From: Candidatus Marinacidobacterales bacterium
GTDB taxonomy: Bacteria > Acidobacteriota > Vicinamibacteria > Marinacidobacterales > DATDRI01
Direction of reading: 5' to 3'
Assembly: GCA_965219415.1 (NCBI GenBank)
Contig: OZ244742.1
Location: forward strand, 1,696,001 to 1,760,000
DNA length: 64,000 nt
The notes under the pieces are model-generated. The model had not been told where the DNA came from and did no database searches. It saw only the letters and a list, made by a program, of their open reading frames with translations. The stretch's first letter is position 1, and the number at the start of each line of letters is the position of its first letter. Of this stretch, positions 59,684-64,000 are shown piece by piece. A program made the translations under genes and the position numbers.

Positions 59684-61483
59684 GTGAAAAAAACGCACCT
59701 TATCGAGGACGGCCTTACCGTCCTCGCCCTCCTCACGATGGCCCTCCTCCCTCTTCTGGAGATCGTGATCCGCAAATTCTACTCGAGTGGCATTCCCGGC
59801 TCCGCGACTTGGGTGCAGCACTTGGCGCTCTGGGTGGGTTTCCTGGGCGCCGCCATCGCTGCCCGCAAGGGAGAACTGCTTTCGCTCGGCACGGGCGGCA
59901 CATTCCTTAAAGGAAAGTGGAAGACCGCGTCCGAGGTTTTCACGGCGGGAGTCGGCGTTGCGGTGTGCACCATCCTGGCCAGAGGAAGCCTCGAATTGGT
60001 TCTGGTGGAGCGGGAGGGGGGACGCGAGCTCGCCCTAGGCGTTCCGGTCTGGCTGGCCGAAGCCATCATGCCCATCGGCTTTACCGTCATCGGCCTCCGC
60101 ATCCTTAGAAGAGTCCCGGGAGGTTGGCGGAGCCGGCTCATCGCCGCGGGCTTCATCCTGATCCCGATTGTCTTAGGTCTGCTCGAGAATCTCCCCGGAA
60201 GCGGAATTCTCGTCCCACTTCTTCTCGCCGTGATTCTTGCGACTGCGCTGGGAGCCCCCATCTTCGTGGGCCTAGGGGGGGTGGCCGCGATACTCCTCTG
60301 GAACAACTACGATCCGGTCTCGGCAATCGCCGTCGAGACCTACAACCTTGCGCTCAAACCTATCCTGCCCACCATCCCGCTTTTCACGTTGGCCGGCTTC
60401 ATCCTCGCGGAGGGAGGAACACCGCATCGGTTGGTGGAGCTCTTTCGAAATCTTTTCGGCTGGATGCCGGGTGGGGTGGCCGTCGTTGCGATCGTGGTGT
60501 GTGCTTTTTTCACGAGCTTCACCGGCGGAAGCGGCGTGACCATTCTGGCGATGGGCGGACTGCTCTACCCGATGCTTCTCGAAGATAAGTACCGCGAGAA
60601 CTTCAGCACCGGGCTTCTGACGTCCGCCGGCTCACTGGGACTCTTGTTCCCGCCGTCACTCGCGGTCATTCTCTACGGGCTCGTTGCTCAGATTGAGATC
60701 CGGAAGCTCTTCGTCAGTGGCTGGGTCCCTGCGACTCTGGAGATCCTCCTCGTCGCCGCCTTCGCGCTCTTCTACAGCCGACGCACCGGCATCACCAAGG
60801 TCTCGTTCCACTGGCGCCAAGCTGGAAACGCCATTTGGAAAGCGAAGTGGGAGATCGCGATCCCGGTCCTGGTGCTGGGAAGCATCGCGGGAGGATTCGC
60901 CACGCTGGTAGAGGCGTCGGCCGTCACCGTGCTCTACGCCCTGTTGCTCGAGTTCTTCATCCACCGAGATCTGCAAATACGCCGGGATTTGGTACGGGTG
61001 GTCGGAAACGCCGCAACCCTCATTGGTGGCGTTCTCATCATCCTGGGGGTCGCCTTGGGTCTCACAAATTACTTGGTGATCGCCGAGATCCCTCTTCAAG
61101 CGGTCGAATGGGTCCAGTCTTTCGTTGACTCCCCCCTATTTTTTCTCCTTCTGCTCAACATCTTTCTCCTCATCGTTGGGTGCCTGATGGATGTCTACTC
61201 CGCGATCGTGGTGGTGGTCCCGCTGATCACGCCGCTAGCTTTGGTCTATGGGGTCGATCCCTTTCACTTGGGAATCATCTTCCTCACCAACCTCGAGCTC
61301 GGCTATCTGACCCCGCCAGTCGGTATGAACCTCTTTCTCGCCTCCTACCGATTCAAGAGACCTCTGCCCGAGGTCTACCGAGCCGCGCTCCCCTTCCTCG
61401 GAATCCGGGCCGTGGGTGTCCTGCTAGTGACCTACGTGCCAGCGCTAACGGCCTTTCTCCCCCAGCTCTTGGGAATGGACTAG
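59684..61483 (+). CDS. TRAP fused small+large permease (DctQM)
   Basis: DctQ-like N-terminus; TIPLF, SFTGGSG, LGLLFPPS, YLTPPVGMNLF. Confidence 0.92.
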   Translation: MKKTHLIEDGLTVLALLTMALLPLLEIVIRKFYSSGIPGSATWVQHLALWVGFLGAAIAARKGELLSLGTGGTFLKGKWKTASEVFTAGVGVAVCTILARGSLELVLVEREGGRELALGVPVWLAEAIMPIGFTVIGLRILRRVPGGWRSRLIAAGFILIPIVLGLLENLPGSGILVPLLLAVILATALGAPIFVGLGGVAAILLWNNYDPVSAIAVETYNLALKPILPTIPLFTLAGFILAEGGTPHRLVELFRNLFGWMPGGVAVVAIVVCAFFTSFTGGSGVTILAMGGLLYPMLLEDKYRENFSTGLLTSAGSLGLLFPPSLAVILYGLVAQIEIRKLFVSGWVPATLEILLVAAFALFYSRRTGITKVSFHWRQAGNAIWKAKWEIAIPVLVLGSIAGGFATLVEASAVTVLYALLLEFFIHRDLQIRRDLVRVVGNAATLIGGVLIILGVALGLTNYLVIAEIPLQAVEWVQSFVDSPLFFLLLLNIFLLIVGCLMDVYSAIVVVVPLITPLALVYGVDPFHLGIIFLTNLELGYLTPPVGMNLFLASYRFKRPLPEVYRAALPFLGIRAVGVLLVTYVPALTAFLPQLLGMD

Positions 61484-61512
61484 CCGCTAAGTCCCACTCC
61501 AACAGACACATA

Positions 61513-61567
61513 CCCTCTCCCCTTGGGAGAGGGTGGCGTCACGCACCGTCGTGACGCCGGGTGAGGG
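61513..61567. repeat. REP-like double-hairpin element
   Basis: CCCTCTCCC-CTT-GGGAGAGGG, GGCGTCACG-CACCGT-CGTGACGCC, GGGTGAGGG. Confidence 0.7.
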
Positions 61568-61696
61568 CAATAGGCGTCTTGCTTGGGCCAGCATTCTCCA
61601 TTTCCGGGGAACAAATCGGCCCCGAATTACTTATATATCCCTGAGGGTCGGCAAAAACCCCTCGCAACAACGTGATTTGAAATGGAGGGACGATTT

Positions 61697-62431
61697 ATGA
61701 CGGCTTCGCCCAGCACCGAATCGGGATTAAGAAATGGCGCTTTGATTAGCCTCCAAGGGGTGTCCAAGATCTTCTACACCGACGAGGTGGAAACGCACGC
61801 ATTGGCGGGCGTCGTTTTGGACATCAACAAGGGAGACTACATCTCCATCGCTGGACCTTCGGGCTGTGGCAAGTCCACGCTCTTGTCCATCCTGGGCCTT
61901 CTGGACTCGCCCTCCACGGGAAGCTTCACGCTGAACGGACAGGCGGTGGCCAACCTGAAACTGTCCGACCGGGCACGCATCCGGAATCGGGAGGTCGGTT
62001 TCATCTTCCAGGCCTTCAATCTGATCGGTGATCTGACGGTGTACGAGAACGTCGAGCTTCCGTTGACCTACCGGGGCATGCCCTCGTCGGAGCGCAAGAA
62101 GAAGGTGCAAGCGGCACTCGAGAGGGTCGAGATGGCACATCGAATGAAGCATTACCCCTTTCAGCTTTCCGGGGGCCAACAACAGCGGGTGGCGGTGGCC
62201 CGTGCGGTCGTAGGAGATCCCTCGATCGTGCTGGCGGACGAGCCCACCGGGAACCTCGATTCCGCGAACGGCGAAGCGGTGATGGATCTGATGGCCGAGC
62301 TTCATCGCGGAGGGGCGACCATATGCATGGTGACCCACGATCCGCGCTATGAGACATATGCCGATCGCTCCATCAGCCTCTTCGATGGCCAAGTCGTAGA
62401 GGAGGAGGGAGTCGCCACCGCGACGGCCTAA
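61697..62431 (+). CDS. MacB/LolD-type ABC ATP-binding protein (stand-alone)
   Basis: [41 protein letters not shown]. Confidence 0.93.
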   Translation: MTASPSTESGLRNGALISLQGVSKIFYTDEVETHALAGVVLDINKGDYISIAGPSGCGKSTLLSILGLLDSPSTGSFTLNGQAVANLKLSDRARIRNREVGFIFQAFNLIGDLTVYENVELPLTYRGMPSSERKKKVQAALERVEMAHRMKHYPFQLSGGQQQRVAVARAVVGDPSIVLADEPTGNLDSANGEAVMDLMAELHRGGATICMVTHDPRYETYADRSISLFDGQVVEEEGVATATA

Positions 62432-62456
62432 GCGTTTCCAACGCTAAACACGAAAC

Positions 62457-62483
62457 AAGGGGCTCCTCGGAGCCCCTTTTTTT
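62457..62483 (+). terminator. rho-independent terminator
   Basis: AAGGGGCTC-CTCG-GAGCCCC followed by a T7 tract. Confidence 0.85.
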
Positions 62484-62520
62484 GCCTTTTTTCGACTATG
62501 ATATGGGGCCAGCAAGAATG

Positions 62521-62615
62521 CCGTCACCTTGCTCTCTCCCAGCCCGCCTCCGTCCTGAGGACTTCGGCGGGTCCGCGGGTCCGCCGAAGCTGTAGCGAAG
62601 GCGGAAGGGAGAGGG
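62521..62615. repeat. nested REP/MITE-like element upstream of etfB
   Basis: CCGTCACC..CTCTCCC [CCGCCTCCG..CTTCGGCGG..CCGCCGAAG..CGAAGGCGG] GGGAGAGGG. Confidence 0.65.
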
Positions 62616-62651
62616 AATAAAGGATGGAGACCATCACCGATAGACGGAGGA

Positions 62652-63449
62652 ATGATGAAGAGCTTGGCCCTGGTCAAATATGTGCCCGACACCAACTCTC
62701 CTTTCCGGATCAATAGCTCCGGGACCTGGGTGGACGACGCGAACCTGAGCTTCGTGCTCAACGAGTATGACCGCTACGCGCTCGAAGTGCTGCTAAGGCT
62801 CAAGGACGACGGCAAAGTCACCGAAGTCGTGGCTCTCACAGTGGGCCCTGCCGGAGCTTCTTCCGCACTTCGCACGTGCCTCGCCACCGGGGCCGATCGC
62901 GCCATCCACATCAAAGACGATGCACTAAACGGAAGCGATCCACTGTCGGTGGCCAAGGTCATCCAAGCGGCTGTCAAAGATGAAGGATTCTCTCTGATTG
63001 TGGCCGGTCTTCAGGCCGACGACGATAACCACACCCAGATCGGGTCCCTGGTGGCTCGTCTCTTAGACTGGCCATGTGCTACCGCAGCTTTGGGATTAGC
63101 GCTGCAAGACGAAAACACCGTTCGCGCTGAGAGAGAGCTCGAGAACAACCGCCTCCAAGTCGTCGACTTGACGCTTCCCGCGATCGTCACGGTGCAGACC
63201 GGCATCAATACACCGCGGTATGCCAGCCTCAAGGGGATCATGGCGGCAAAGAAAAAGGAAGTCCGCACCGTCGGCCTTGGCGATCTCGGTCTCGATGCCA
63301 ATGAAGTGGGGGCGGGTGCGACGCGGATGAAGACCGTCGCATTCGCGTCTCCACCAAAAGGCAAGGGTGCGGAAATCCTGAACGATAGCCCCGATGAGGT
63401 GGCGCAAGGGCTCTTGAAGCGAATCCGCGAAAACACGGGGGTTGTCTAG
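62652..63449 (+). CDS. etfB: electron transfer flavoprotein beta subunit
   Basis: VKYVPD, NEYDRYALE, GADRA, NTPRYASLKGIMAAKKK; GGAGG RBS. Confidence 0.95.
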   Translation: MMKSLALVKYVPDTNSPFRINSSGTWVDDANLSFVLNEYDRYALEVLLRLKDDGKVTEVVALTVGPAGASSALRTCLATGADRAIHIKDDALNGSDPLSVAKVIQAAVKDEGFSLIVAGLQADDDNHTQIGSLVARLLDWPCATAALGLALQDENTVRAERELENNRLQVVDLTLPAIVTVQTGINTPRYASLKGIMAAKKKEVRTVGLGDLGLDANEVGAGATRMKTVAFASPPKGKGAEILNDSPDEVAQGLLKRIRENTGVV

Positions 63450-63451
63450 CG

Positions 63452-64000
63452 ATGGCTTGCAAAGCATTGATTCTGGCAGAGCACGAGGATGGAGCGGTCA
63501 AGGACATTTCTTACGAGCTTCTCGGCATGGCGCATCGATTGGCCAGTGAGGCAGGCTGGAGCACGGAGACGGACATCAAGGCTCTGCTATTGGGACACGG
63601 TGCGGATGGCTTGGCGAACGAGCTCGCGGGACGCGGTGCCGCAGAAGTGATTTACGCAGACGGTCCAGCAGTGGCGGACTACACCGGCGATGGTTATCGA
63701 AGAGTCGCGGAATCCGTCATCAAGGAAGAGTCACCGGAAATCGTTCTCATCGGACACACCCCCAACGGATGGGACGTGGCTCCGTTGGTGGCGGCGGGTT
63801 TGGGAGTGCCCTTGGCCACCGGGTGCTCCAACATCAAGTTCGAAGAAGGTAAGGCTCGGTTTGTGCGCAAAGCCTTTAACGGCAAGTTCGTGCACGAAGT
63901 CGAGATCGAAAACGCGTCACCTTGTATGGCGACGTTGGATAAGGGTGCCTCGGAGCCGGTTCCCGGAAGCACTCAGGGGACGGTGCGCAAGATCGACGCC
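63452..64000 (+). CDS. etfA: electron transfer flavoprotein alpha subunit (partial, runs off the window)
   Basis: MACKALILAEHEDG...GWDVAPLVAAGL..RKAFNGK; directly follows etfB. Confidence 0.88.
   Translation, partial: MACKALILAEHEDGAVKDISYELLGMAHRLASEAGWSTETDIKALLLGHGADGLANELAGRGAAEVIYADGPAVADYTGDGYRRVAESVIKEESPEIVLIGHTPNGWDVAPLVAAGLGVPLATGCSNIKFEEGKARFVRKAFNGKFVHEVEIENASPCMATLDKGASEPVPGSTQGTVRKIDA

Noticed and set aside
1-64000. Anti-phage defence system, prophage, integrase, transposase or CRISPR array
   Set aside because: No nuclease, reverse transcriptase, recombinase, phage structural gene or repeat-spacer array was recognisable on either strand.

Overview
GC-rich bacterial DNA, gene-dense on both strands. 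The gene types (CRTAC1/ASPIC, sulfatase-like proteins, wHTH-TPR regulator, TPAT transporter) suggest an Acidobacteria/Vicinamibacteria-like organism; this is inference. I found no rRNA, tRNA, CRISPR array or transposase. Main contents: (1) a Liv-type ABC uptake and acyl-CoA ligase cluster, split by a ~5.8 kb insert with a giant, broken secreted protein (two clan GH-A-like domains, PKD and CarboxypepD_reg domains) and two gene remnants; (2) a block of hydrolases and peptidases; (3) a type III PKS-methyltransferase-ACP-FAAL cluster with export genes, interrupted by an Rrf2 + sigma70 module carrying an IscR-type operator; (4) tkt, two Crp/Fnr genes, TerC-CrcB-DUF190, a FadL-like porin and DUF2339/DUF3999; (5) bfd-bfr behind a Fur-like box, a TPAT/TRAP transporter and etfBA. 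The best hidden signal is an AhpD/CMD-like peroxidase at 54474-55064 that the ORF track splits in two. An in-frame TGA completes a CxxU motif and is followed by a bacterial SECIS-like hairpin, so it is a probable selenoprotein, in a HAD-AhpD(Sec)-MOSC operon. About 15 single-base frameshifts in otherwise intact genes suggest an error-prone consensus, so single-base claims need read-level checks.
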